Part shown: positions 18,469 to 27,354 of the stretch, piece by piece
Layout: each line of letters opens with the position of its first letter
How positions within the stretch are numbered: position 1 is the stretch's first letter
DNA from: an uncultured Chloroflexia bacterium
Lineage (GTDB): Bacteria; Chloroflexota; Limnocylindria; QHBO01
Length of the DNA stretch: 64,000 bases
NCBI GenBank assembly: GCA_963827475.1
Contig: CAWHAZ010000005.1
Coordinates: 800,001-864,000 of the forward strand
Direction: 5' to 3'
Translations under genes and position numbers: made by a program
The notes under the pieces: generated by a model
The model's input: the letters and a program-made list of their open reading frames with translations, nothing else
The model's database searches: none
Told to the model about the DNA's origin: nothing

Positions 18469-19235
18469 CCGATCTCGATCCGGCCACCCGCGACGCGACG
18501 GCCGAGCTGCTGCTCACGCTGGCCGACGACGAGTTCGTCCTGGGGTTCTGGGACTCGGAGTGGACCGGCATCGCGCCCATGCTCGAGGAGGACGTGGCCA
18601 CGTCCTCCATCGCCCAGGACGAGATCGGCCACGCCCGAGCCTGGTACGAGCTTTTGGCCGAGCTGACCGATGACGACGCCGACCACATCGCCTTCGGTCG
18701 CGCGCCGGAGGCCTACCGGCACGCCGCGCTGATGAACCATCCACGGACCGACTGGGCGTTCACCGTCGCTCGCCGCTTCCTGTACGAGACCGCCGACGCG
18801 GTGAGACTCGAGGCCCTGGCCGGGTCGAGCCACGCGGGCATTGCCGGCCTCGCGACGAAGATGCGGCGGGAGGAGACCTACCACCTGCTGCACTGGTCGG
18901 CGTGGATGCGGCGCCTCGCGGAGGGCGGAGCGGACACGCGCAACCGACTGACCGATGCGCTGACGCGGCTGTGGCCCGACGCCGAATCGGTCTTCAGTCC
19001 GCTCAGCGGCGAAGCTGCCCTCCTGGCGGCTGGAATCCTGTCCGAGAGCCTCGCCACACTTCAGGGGCGGTGGATCGAGCGGGTCGACGCGGAGCTGGCA
19101 AGCCTTGGAATGGCCCGGCCCGCGGTCATGGGCGATCCGCCACGGGACGGCCGAACGGCCCGGACCGATGACTTTCGCTGGCTGTGGGGCGAGTTCACCT
19201 CCGTCGCCCGCAGCGAGCCGGGTGCGACATGGTGA
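18465..19235 (+). CDS. paaC: phenylacetyl-CoA epoxidase subunit C
   Basis: LADD...G...SEW...AP.LEED.A..SIAQDEIGHA, DWAFT.AR, EE.YH. Confidence 0.9.
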   Translation: MTDLDPATRDATAELLLTLADDEFVLGFWDSEWTGIAPMLEEDVATSSIAQDEIGHARAWYELLAELTDDDADHIAFGRAPEAYRHAALMNHPRTDWAFTVARRFLYETADAVRLEALAGSSHAGIAGLATKMRREETYHLLHWSAWMRRLAEGGADTRNRLTDALTRLWPDAESVFSPLSGEAALLAAGILSESLATLQGRWIERVDAELASLGMARPAVMGDPPRDGRTARTDDFRWLWGEFTSVARSEPGATW

Positions 19236-19750
19236 TCGAGCAGCCTGCCATCGTGGATCCGGAGGCGACCATCTGGGCGGCGCTGGCGGAGGTGCCCGAC
19301 CCGGAGATCCCGACCATCAGCGTGGTCGATCTCGGCGTCATCGGATCGGTTGAGCTGGCGGAGGATCGGTCGACCCTGCGGGTGGAGCTGATGCCGACCT
19401 TCATCGGCTGCCCGGCCACCGAGGTCATGCGCCACGAGATCGGGGAGCGGCTCCGAGCCCTGGACCTCGCGGCCGAGGTCGTGGTCGAGCTGACCTTCGC
19501 CCAGCCCTGGACCTCGGACCGGATCTCCGCCGCCGGGAGAGAGCAGCTGCGGTCCAGCGGATTCGCCCCGCCGCCGCATCTCCGTGAGCTGACCACCCTT
19601 GGGGAGCTGCCGACCCTCACCGTGGTGCCCTGCCCGTACTGCGGGTCGCGGCAGACGACCCTCGAGAATCCGTTCGGTCCGACCCTGTGCCGAGCGATCT
19701 ACCACTGCGCGGGCTGTCGCCAGCCGTTCGAGGCCTTCAAGCCGGTCTGA
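19229..19750 (+). CDS. paaD: phenylacetyl-CoA epoxidase subunit D (PaaD/PaaJ)
   Basis: V.DPEIP.IS.VDLG, PTF.GCPA, WTSD.IS..GR, CP.CGS, FGPT.CR...C..C.QPFE.FK. Confidence 0.9.
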   Translation: MVIEQPAIVDPEATIWAALAEVPDPEIPTISVVDLGVIGSVELAEDRSTLRVELMPTFIGCPATEVMRHEIGERLRALDLAAEVVVELTFAQPWTSDRISAAGREQLRSSGFAPPPHLRELTTLGELPTLTVVPCPYCGSRQTTLENPFGPTLCRAIYHCAGCRQPFEAFKPV

Positions 19751-19814
19751 GGATCAGCCTCTGCGGCGTGGTCGTTGCGCTACGCTTGCCGCCCGAATTC
19801 ACGAGGAACCGAGC

Positions 19815-21611
19815 GTGGCGCTGGACGGCGAAGAGGTTCGATCGGCGGCAGTGGAGCTGCTCGACGCGGGCGCCCAGGAGCCGCTCGACGCGATGCGGCA
19901 CTCGGCCGCGCACGTCATGGCCGCGGCCGTCCTGGAGCTGTTCCCGGAAGCCCGGCTGGGCATAGGTCCGGCCATCCGCGACGGCTTCTACTACGACTTC
20001 GATCTGCCCCGGCCCCTGACGCCCGCCGATCTCGAGTCGGTCGAGGAGCGCATGCGGGCCCAGGTGGCCGCCGACCACCCCTTCGAGCGCTACGAGCAGG
20101 ACCGTGACGCGGCCCTCGCCGACCTGGAGGCCGCCGGACAGGCGCTGAAGGTCGAGATCGTGCGCGACCTGCCGGCAGACGACGCCACCGTGATCTCGTT
20201 CTACCGCCACGGGTCCTTCACCGACCTGTGCCGCGGGCCGCACGTGGCGTCGACCGGCAAGCTCGGCCCGTTCAAGCTGCTGAACACCGCCGGCGCCTAC
20301 TGGCGCGGCGACGAGACCCGACCGATGCTCCAGCGTATCTACGGCACGGTGTGGGAGACCCAGGCCGACCTCGACCAGCACTTGTGGCGGCTGGAGGAGG
20401 CGAAGAAACGGGACCATCGGAAGCTTGGCCGCGACCTTGACCTGTTCAGCTTCCACCCCGAGTCGCCCGCTGCTCCGTTCTGGCATCCCAAGGGCATGGT
20501 CCTGTGGCGCGCGCTCGAACGCTGGTCGTGGGAGGTCCGGCAGGACGGCGGCTTCGACGAGGTGCGGACTCCGGCCGTCGTTCGCAGAGAGCTGTGGGAA
20601 ACCTCCGGCCACTGGGACCTGTACCAGGACAACATGTTCGTGCTCGACGACTCGGACCACCAGTCGGGCCTGAAGCCGATGAACTGCCCCGAGTCGATGC
20701 TGATCTACAAGACTCAGCTCCGCTCGTACCGCGACCTGCCCATGCGCCTGGCCGACTACTCGTGGCTGTTCCGCCGCGAGCGGACCGGCGCCCTGGCCGG
20801 CATGTTCCGCGTCCGCCAGCTGACCCAGGACGACTCCCACGTCCTGTGTCGCGACGACCAGGTCATCGACGAGGTCAACCTGGCGCTGACCCTCGTGCGG
20901 CGCCAGTACGCGCCGTTCGGTTTCGCGCCGCGGTTCAAGCTCGCCACCCGGCCGGCGAAGAAGCTCGGCACCGACGAGTTCTGGGACATGGCCGAGGGCA
21001 AGCTGGCCGAGGCGCTCAAGGCGGCCGACACGCCGTACGAGATCGACGCCGGGGGCGGGGCGTTCTACGCGCCGAAGATCGACGTCTTCCTCGACGATGC
21101 GCTCGGCCGGGAGTGGCAGATGGCAACCATCCAGGCCGACTACCAGCTGCCGCAGCGGTTCGACCTCGAGTACCGGACGGCCGAAGGCGGGTTCGAACGG
21201 CCGGTGGTCATCCACTACGCGATCTACGGCTCGTTCGAGCGCTGGATCGGGGTCATCACCGAGCACTTCGCCGGGGCATTCCCGGCCTGGCTGGCGCCGG
21301 TCCAGGCCGTCGTCATCCCGATCGCGGATCGCCACCTCGAATACGCGGAGGAGGTTCGCGGGGCCTTGCGAGCGGCCGGGGTGCGGGCGGAGGTTGACGA
21401 CCGTTCGGAGCGGATGCAGGCCAAGGTCCGCGACGCCCAGGGCCAGCAGGTGCCCGTCATGCTGGTGGTCGGGGACCGCGATGCCGAGGCTCGCGCGGTC
21501 AGTCCGCGGCTGCGAACCGGGGAGCAGTCCCAGGGCGTGCCGCTCGACGAGTTCGTGACCGAGCTCGCCGGCCGCGTCCAGCGCCGGGAGCTGTGGCCGC
21601 AGGCCGAATGA
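19815..21611 (+). CDS. thrS: threonyl-tRNA synthetase (N-terminal TGS domain largely absent)
   Basis: RHSAAH, DLCRGPH, GAYWRGD, RDHRKLG, KPMNCP, AFYAPKID, GSFER. SD GAGGA. Confidence 0.95.
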   Translation: MALDGEEVRSAAVELLDAGAQEPLDAMRHSAAHVMAAAVLELFPEARLGIGPAIRDGFYYDFDLPRPLTPADLESVEERMRAQVAADHPFERYEQDRDAALADLEAAGQALKVEIVRDLPADDATVISFYRHGSFTDLCRGPHVASTGKLGPFKLLNTAGAYWRGDETRPMLQRIYGTVWETQADLDQHLWRLEEAKKRDHRKLGRDLDLFSFHPESPAAPFWHPKGMVLWRALERWSWEVRQDGGFDEVRTPAVVRRELWETSGHWDLYQDNMFVLDDSDHQSGLKPMNCPESMLIYKTQLRSYRDLPMRLADYSWLFRRERTGALAGMFRVRQLTQDDSHVLCRDDQVIDEVNLALTLVRRQYAPFGFAPRFKLATRPAKKLGTDEFWDMAEGKLAEALKAADTPYEIDAGGGAFYAPKIDVFLDDALGREWQMATIQADYQLPQRFDLEYRTAEGGFERPVVIHYAIYGSFERWIGVITEHFAGAFPAWLAPVQAVVIPIADRHLEYAEEVRGALRAAGVRAEVDDRSERMQAKVRDAQGQQVPVMLVVGDRDAEARAVSPRLRTGEQSQGVPLDEFVTELAGRVQRRELWPQAE

Positions 21612-23068
21612 GCACGAGGCCCGACGAGGTCCCGCCGAACACCACCCCGGTCGAGCCGGAGGTCCTCAGCACTCCCGACGAGGGACTGCACGCCGGCGCC
21701 CACGCTCGCAAGGACGTCGTCGTCATCGGCGCCGGGCTCGCCGGGCTTGTCGCTGCCTTCGAGCTGAAGCGGGAGGGTCACCACGTCACCGTGCTGGAGG
21801 CCCAGAACCGGGTCGGCGGCCGGATCTATACCCTCCGGGCCCCGTTCGCCCCGGGCCTGTACGCGGAAGCGGGCGGCATGCGAATCCCGCGTGCACACGA
21901 CCTGACCCTGCGCTACTGCGAGCTGTTCGACCTCCCCCTGCGCCCGTTCGTGATGGGCAACCCCCGGGGGCTCGTCCATGTCGGCGGGCAGCGGATGACC
22001 CGCGAGGAGGTGGACCGCGAGCCGGAGCGGCTCCCATACCAGCTCGAGTCCCACGAGCGCGGCCGCACCGCGGATGAGCTGTGGGAGTCGGCGATCGGCG
22101 ACCTGCGAGTGATGGTCGAGCAGGACCGCGATACGGCCTGGGCGCACATCGTTCGGGAGTACGACCAGTACTCCCTCTACGAGTTCCTCCGCTTCAAGGG
22201 CTGGTCGCGGGGCGCGATCGAGTACTTCACCGTCCTGAACTTCCTCGAGTCGGACATGCACAACTCGCTGGTGGAAGTCCTCCGCGAGGACCTCGGCGGG
22301 GCCTACGTCGACATGCAGGAGATCGCCGGGGGGATGGATCGGCTCCCGAACGCGTTCTACGGCCAGCTCGAGGACGAGGTTCGCTTCGGCGCCAACGTGT
22401 TCGCCCTCGACCAGGACGGTGAGGGCGTGACCGCGCACGTCAAGACCGAGTCGGGCCGCTCCAGCATCCGCGCGGACTACGGGATCATCACCGTCCCGTT
22501 CTCCGTGCTGCGCACGATCGAGGCGGTCACCCCCTTCTCGGCTGGCAAGCAGCGGGCCATCCGCCAGCTGAACTACCACGCCTCGACCAAGATCCTGTTC
22601 CAGGTCCACCATCGGTTCTGGGAGGACGAGGACGGGATCACGGGCGGCGGCACCGTCACCGAGCTGCCGATTCGCCGCCTGAACTACCCGACGCCCGATC
22701 TCGACACCACCCGCGGCGTGCTCCTGGCGAGCTACACCTGGGGGCAGGACGCGCTCCAGTGGGGGGCGATGGACGAGGAGACTCGCCTCGAGGAGGCGCT
22801 CGAGGACGTGGCCCGCATTCACCCCCGGATCCGGGAGGAGTACGAGGGCGGCACCTCGCACGCGTGGTACTCAGACCGATGGGCGCGGGGCGCCTTCGCG
22901 ATGTTCGCCCCCGAGCAGCAGACCGATCTGCAGGCCGACATCGTCCGGCCCGAGGGTCGGTTCTTCTTCGCCGGCGAGCACTGCTCGCTGTATCACGCCT
23001 GGATCCAGGGTGCCCTCGAGTCCGGCATCCGCGCCGCCCGCGAGATCCACGAGGCGCCCGGCGGCTGA
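21608..23068 (+). CDS. flavin amine oxidase / L-amino-acid oxidase family
   Basis: VVVIGAGLAGL, LEA..RVGGR, EAGGMRIP, FFAGEH...AWIQGALESG. Confidence 0.9.
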   Translation: MSTRPDEVPPNTTPVEPEVLSTPDEGLHAGAHARKDVVVIGAGLAGLVAAFELKREGHHVTVLEAQNRVGGRIYTLRAPFAPGLYAEAGGMRIPRAHDLTLRYCELFDLPLRPFVMGNPRGLVHVGGQRMTREEVDREPERLPYQLESHERGRTADELWESAIGDLRVMVEQDRDTAWAHIVREYDQYSLYEFLRFKGWSRGAIEYFTVLNFLESDMHNSLVEVLREDLGGAYVDMQEIAGGMDRLPNAFYGQLEDEVRFGANVFALDQDGEGVTAHVKTESGRSSIRADYGIITVPFSVLRTIEAVTPFSAGKQRAIRQLNYHASTKILFQVHHRFWEDEDGITGGGTVTELPIRRLNYPTPDLDTTRGVLLASYTWGQDALQWGAMDEETRLEEALEDVARIHPRIREEYEGGTSHAWYSDRWARGAFAMFAPEQQTDLQADIVRPEGRFFFAGEHCSLYHAWIQGALESGIRAAREIHEAPGG

Positions 23069-23070
23069 CC

Positions 23071-24795
23071 ATGCGGTTCCTCCCGGGCCTGGCCCTCGTC
23101 CGCCGATACCAGCCCGCGTGGCTCCGCCACGACCTCGTTGCCGGGGTGGTCCTCACCGCCTTGCTCGTCCCGCAGGGGATGGCCTACGCCGAGCTGGCCG
23201 GGCTGCCGCCGGTGACCGGCATCTACGCCACGATGATCCCGCTCCTGGCCTACGCCCTGTTCGGACCATCCCGGATCCTGGTGATGGGTCCGGACTCCGC
23301 CGTCGTGCCGCTGGTCGCCGCCACGGTGATTCCCATTGCCGGCTCGGCGCCCGAGGATCGCGTGGCCGTCGCCGCTACCCTGGCCGTGGCCGTCGGCGTC
23401 CTGTGCGTGATCGGTGGCATTGCCCGGCTCGGCTTCGTGACCGAGCTGCTTTCCAAGCCGGTCCGCGTCGGGTTCCTCGCCGGCATCGCGCTCGTCGTCA
23501 TCGTCGACCAGACGGCCAAGGTCCTCGGGATCGACGTCGAGGCGGAGGGTCTGTTCCTGAGCCTGACCGAGCTCATCCGGTCGTTGGGGGAGACCCAGGT
23601 CGTCACCGCTGCCATCGGCCTGGGCACCATCGCGGTGCTCATCGTCCTGCGCGCGTTCCTCCCGCGCGCGCCCGGCCCGCTGATCGCGGTGGTCGGAGGC
23701 ATCGTGCTCGTCGTCCTGCTCGGCCTCGAGGGCCAGGTGGAGACGGTGGGGGAGGTGCCCGCCGGTCTACCAGTGCCCGCGCTGCCGTCGTTCGATCCGG
23801 GGCAGCTGCCGTCGATCATGATCGGCGCACTGGCCATCGCCCTGGTCGCCTTCGCCGACACCTCGGTCTTGTCCCGGGCGTATGCCGCGCGGCTCGGCGA
23901 TCGGGTCAGCCCCGACCAGGAGCTCTTCGCCCTCGGCGCCGCCAACGTGGCGGCCGGCTTCTTTCAGGGCTTCCCGATCTCGAGCAGCTCCACGCGGACA
24001 CCGGCGGCCGAGTCGGCCGGGGCGAAGAGCCAGCTCACCGGGGTCGTGGCCGCGGGGGCCATCGGTCTCGTCCTCCTGTTCGCCACCGGAATCCTCGCGC
24101 CATTGCCGGACGCCACCCTGGCCGCCATCGTCATCGTCGCGGTCAGCGGGCTCATCGACCTCGACACCCTTCGCCGCCTTGCCCGCCTCAACCGTCCCGA
24201 CTTCGGGTTGGCGGTCGCCGCGCTGCTCGGCGTCGCGCTCATCGGCGTAATTCCGGGGATCGGCATCGCCATCGGTCTGTCGGTCATGACCCTGTTGTGG
24301 CGCGCGTGGCATCCCCACACCGCCGTCCTCGGCCGGGTCGACGGGCTGAAGGGCTACCACGACCAGGAGCGACATCCCGAGGGGCGGCAGATCCCCGGAC
24401 TCGTCCTGCTCCGCTTCGACGCCCCACTGTTCTTCGCCAATGGCGACGTGTTCCGGGAGACCGTCCTCGACGCGGTGGATGCGGCCGAGGCCCCAGTGCG
24501 CCGCGTGGTCGTCGCCTCGGAACCGATCACCGACGTCGACACCACCGCCGCCGACGTGCTGGTCGAGCTGCTCGATGCGCTCGACCGCCGGGAGATCGGC
24601 CTGGCCTTCGCGGAGCTCAAGGACCCGGTAAAGGACAAGGTCAAGCGCTACGGGCTGACCGATCGCCTCGCGCAGCCGCCGTTCCCGCCCACGGTCGGCG
24701 AAGCGGTGCACGAATACCTCGAGGCGTTCGACGTGCCATGGACCGACTGGGAGGACGCCGAGACCCACGAAGCGGGGCAGGAACCGGCTCGTTGA
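23071..24795 (+). CDS. SulP-family anion transporter with STAS domain
   Basis: DLVAG...VPQGMAYA.LAGLPPV.G.Y, many TM helices, RFDAPLFFAN. Confidence 0.92.
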   Translation: MRFLPGLALVRRYQPAWLRHDLVAGVVLTALLVPQGMAYAELAGLPPVTGIYATMIPLLAYALFGPSRILVMGPDSAVVPLVAATVIPIAGSAPEDRVAVAATLAVAVGVLCVIGGIARLGFVTELLSKPVRVGFLAGIALVVIVDQTAKVLGIDVEAEGLFLSLTELIRSLGETQVVTAAIGLGTIAVLIVLRAFLPRAPGPLIAVVGGIVLVVLLGLEGQVETVGEVPAGLPVPALPSFDPGQLPSIMIGALAIALVAFADTSVLSRAYAARLGDRVSPDQELFALGAANVAAGFFQGFPISSSSTRTPAAESAGAKSQLTGVVAAGAIGLVLLFATGILAPLPDATLAAIVIVAVSGLIDLDTLRRLARLNRPDFGLAVAALLGVALIGVIPGIGIAIGLSVMTLLWRAWHPHTAVLGRVDGLKGYHDQERHPEGRQIPGLVLLRFDAPLFFANGDVFRETVLDAVDAAEAPVRRVVVASEPITDVDTTAADVLVELLDALDRREIGLAFAELKDPVKDKVKRYGLTDRLAQPPFPPTVGEAVHEYLEAFDVPWTDWEDAETHEAGQEPAR

Positions 24796-24821
24796 CCCTC
24801 GTTTTCGAGGCGGTGTATAGT
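24792..24821 (+). promoter_or_regulatory. infC operon promoter TTGACC-18 nt-TATAGT
   Basis: Near-consensus -35 at 24792-24797 and -10 at 24816-24821. Confidence 0.7.
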
Positions 24822-24829
24822 CGGCCGGC

Positions 24830-24881
24830 AATCGCGCAGATGTGGGCCACGCGTCCGTCAGCGGACCGTGGCTCATGTGTT
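24830..24881 (+). promoter_or_regulatory. structured leader, probable ribosomal protein L20-binding leader
   Basis: GCAGA, then stem GTGGGCCACG 24842-24851/CGTGGCTCAT 24867-24876 with inner GTCCG/CGGAC. Position upstream of infC-rpmI-rplT matches the L20 leader. Confidence 0.55.
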
Positions 24882-24898
24882 GAAGGGAGCACAGGCCG

Positions 24899-25549
24899 AT
24901 AACCAGGGAACTCCGCGTCAACGACATGATCCGTATCCGCGAGGTGCGGGTGATCGACGACGAGGGCCAGCAGCTCGGTGTCATGCAGACCGCAGACGCC
25001 CTCGCGCTGGCGCAGGAGAAGGGCCTCGACCTGGTCGAGGTGGCGCCAACGGCGGTTCCCCCGGTCTGCAAGATCCTGGACTACGGTCAGTACAAGTACG
25101 AGATCCAGAAGCGCGAGCGCGAAACGAAGAAAAAGCAGAAGTCGCAGACGTTCAAAGAGATCCGGTTCCGGGTCAAGATCGACACCCATGACCTCCAGAC
25201 CAAGACCCGCCGCGCGTCGCAGTTTCTCGACGAAGGCGATCGGGTCAAGGTCACGGTCCAGTTCCGGGGCCGGGAGCTCAACCATCCGCAGCTCGGGCGC
25301 AACCTGCTCGATCGGGCCGCCGAGATGATCGGCGACCACGGAGTCATCGAGCGCCCGCCGCTGATGGAGGGTCGGAGCCTGTTCATCGTCATGGGTCCAC
25401 CGACCGCCAAGGCCGATCGTCGTGACGAGGACGCCGCATCGACCGACGGCGCGAGCGTCGACGCGGCAGAGACGATCGGCGAGGCGCTGCAGGCCAAGGG
25501 CCAGGTCCCCGAGGTGGGGGACGAGCCGCCGGCCGCCGCGCCGGCATAG
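24899..25549 (+). CDS. infC: translation initiation factor IF-3 (non-canonical ATA start)
   Basis: SD AAGGGAG, then ATA ACC AGG GAA CTC CGC GTC AAC restores the conserved RVN..IR..EVR. Also LDLVEVAP...PPVCKI.DYG. Confidence 0.95.
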   Translation: MTRELRVNDMIRIREVRVIDDEGQQLGVMQTADALALAQEKGLDLVEVAPTAVPPVCKILDYGQYKYEIQKRERETKKKQKSQTFKEIRFRVKIDTHDLQTKTRRASQFLDEGDRVKVTVQFRGRELNHPQLGRNLLDRAAEMIGDHGVIERPPLMEGRSLFIVMGPPTAKADRRDEDAASTDGASVDAAETIGEALQAKGQVPEVGDEPPAAAPA

Positions 25550-25582
25550 CACACGAAGTCATCCGGGAACTGAAGGGTAATC

Positions 25583-25780
25583 GTGCCGAAGATCAAGACC
25601 CACAAGGGCACCGCCAAGCGATATCGCAAGTCCGGCTCGGGCAAGTGGCTCCGGCCGAAGGCCTGGCGTGGCCATCATCTCGAGATCAAGTCCAGCCGCC
25701 GCAAGCGCCGCTACGCGGGCAAGGCCGAGGTCAGCTCGACCCACGCCAAGGCCCTCAAGCGGCTCATGCCCTACGCGTAG
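25583..25780 (+). CDS. rpmI: 50S ribosomal protein L35
   Basis: MPKIKTHKGTAKR, gene order. Confidence 0.95.
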   Translation: MPKIKTHKGTAKRYRKSGSGKWLRPKAWRGHHLEIKSSRRKRRYAGKAEVSSTHAKALKRLMPYA

Positions 25781-25787
25781 GTAACCG

Positions 25788-26147
25788 ATGGCACGTGTGA
25801 AGCGCGGCGTCCCCGCCCATCGTCGACACAAGCGCCTGCTGAAGCAGGCCGAGGGTCGACGGATGACTCGCTCGAAGCTCGTCCGCCCGGCGCGCGAGGC
25901 GCTGTTCCACGCCCTCCGCTATGCGTACCGCGACCGGCGCGACCGGAAGCGAGACATGCGCCGGCTGTGGATCCAGCGGATCAACGCCGCGTCCCGGTCC
26001 CACGGCATGCCGTATGGCCGGTTCATGGCCGGACTGAAGGCCGCCGGGATCGAGGTCAATCGGAAGCAGCTCGCCGACCTGGCGGTGCGCGAGCCGGTCG
26101 CCTTCGGCCGCCTCGTCGAGATGGCGCAGGCCTCCTTTACCAGCTGA
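25788..26147 (+). CDS. rplT: 50S ribosomal protein L20
   Basis: MARVKRG, YAYRDRR.RKR..R.LWI.RINAA.R. Confidence 0.97.
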   Translation: MARVKRGVPAHRRHKRLLKQAEGRRMTRSKLVRPAREALFHALRYAYRDRRDRKRDMRRLWIQRINAASRSHGMPYGRFMAGLKAAGIEVNRKQLADLAVREPVAFGRLVEMAQASFTS

Positions 26148-26209
26148 CCGACGCGTTTCGCGTCGGTCTCCCGGCCCTGCTCCGGTTCACGGAGCGGGGT
26201 CGTTTGTTT
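26146..26209 (+). terminator. tandem hairpins after rplT, the second an intrinsic terminator
   Basis: GACCGACGCG/CGCGTCGGTC at 26146-26168, then GGCCCTGCTCCG/CGGAGCGGGGTC at 26173-26201 followed by GTTTGTTT. Confidence 0.75.
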
Positions 26210-26250
26210 CACTCACAATGACGACCGAACCGATGGAGATCGCCTGACCG

Positions 26251-27351
26251 ATGAGCACCCCGAGCGACCTGGCGACCCTGCTGGCCGAGGTGGCACGGGT
26301 CCAGGCCGAGGCCGAAGCGCAGCTGGCGGCTGCCGGTGACGCGGCCACGGTGGAGGGGCTCAGCCACGCGGTCCTCGGTCGCTCCGGCTCGCTGACCGCC
26401 CTGCTCCGCGGCCTGCGGGACCTGCCCGAGGCGGATCGTCCGGCAGCCGGGGCGGCCGCCAACGAGGCGCGGGTGGCCCTCGACGAAGCCTTCGCGGCGC
26501 GCCTGGCGCAACTGGGCGCCGGCGAGCTCGACGCACGACTGGCCGCCGAGCGGCTGGACATGACCGCGCCCGGCCGCCGGCCTCCGCTCGGCCATCTCCA
26601 CCCGCTCATGACGGTGGAGCGCGACCTGCGCGAGATCTTCCACGGCTTCGGCTTCGAGGTGTTCGAGGGACCCGAGATCGAGACCGACCTCATGAACTTC
26701 GAGCTGCTGAACATTCCGCCGGACCATCCGTCCCGCGACCTGTGGGACACGCTCTACGTCGCCGAGCCCGGGTCGGTGGAAGCCGGACAGCCACGCCCCG
26801 CGCAGGACGGCACGATCCTGCGGACCCACACCTCCCCGGTCCAGATCCGCGCCATGCGCGAGCTCACGCCGCCGATCCGCGTCCTCACGCCGGGGCGCTG
26901 CTACCGGTACGAAGCGGTGGATGCCGCGCACGGGTTCGAGTTCTTCCAGGTCGAGGGGCTGGTCGTGGATCGCGACACGAGTCTCGCCGACCTGAAGGGG
27001 ATGCTCGAGGAGTTCGCCCGCGCGATGTTCGGCGAGGGGACGCGGACGCGGTTTCGGCCCGGCTACTACCCGTTCACCGAGCCCAGCGCCGCGTTCGACA
27101 TCGCCTGCCTGGTGTGCGGAGGTCCCGGCTGCCCGGCCTGCGGACGGAGCGGGTGGATGACCATCCTGGGCGCGGGCATGGTCCATCCGGTCGTCCTCCG
27201 CAACGTCGACCTGGATCCCGACGAGTTCCAGGGCTATGCCTTCGGCATGGGGCTGGACCGGATGACGTTGCTGCGCCACGCCATCCCTGACCTGCGGCTG
27301 TTGATGAGCGCCGACCTGCGGTTCCTCACCCAGTTCAGCGGGGGGCGCTGA
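26251..27351 (+). CDS. pheS: phenylalanyl-tRNA synthetase alpha subunit
   Basis: G.LHP, NF..LN.P.DHP.R...DT, LRTHTSPVQIR, YYPFTEPS, G.AFG.G..R. Confidence 0.97.
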   Translation: MSTPSDLATLLAEVARVQAEAEAQLAAAGDAATVEGLSHAVLGRSGSLTALLRGLRDLPEADRPAAGAAANEARVALDEAFAARLAQLGAGELDARLAAERLDMTAPGRRPPLGHLHPLMTVERDLREIFHGFGFEVFEGPEIETDLMNFELLNIPPDHPSRDLWDTLYVAEPGSVEAGQPRPAQDGTILRTHTSPVQIRAMRELTPPIRVLTPGRCYRYEAVDAAHGFEFFQVEGLVVDRDTSLADLKGMLEEFARAMFGEGTRTRFRPGYYPFTEPSAAFDIACLVCGGPGCPACGRSGWMTILGAGMVHPVVLRNVDLDPDEFQGYAFGMGLDRMTLLRHAIPDLRLLMSADLRFLTQFSGGR

Positions 27352-27354
27352 CCG

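Noticed and set aside
26218-26250. MTTEPMEIA* mini-ORF before pheS as a PheM-type attenuator peptide, or a T-box
   Set aside because: No Phe codons, it lies downstream of the terminator hairpin, and there is no T-box consensus.
27100-27145. CxxC-x4-CxxC in PheS as a novel insertion
   Set aside because: A common feature of PheS in many bacterial phyla.
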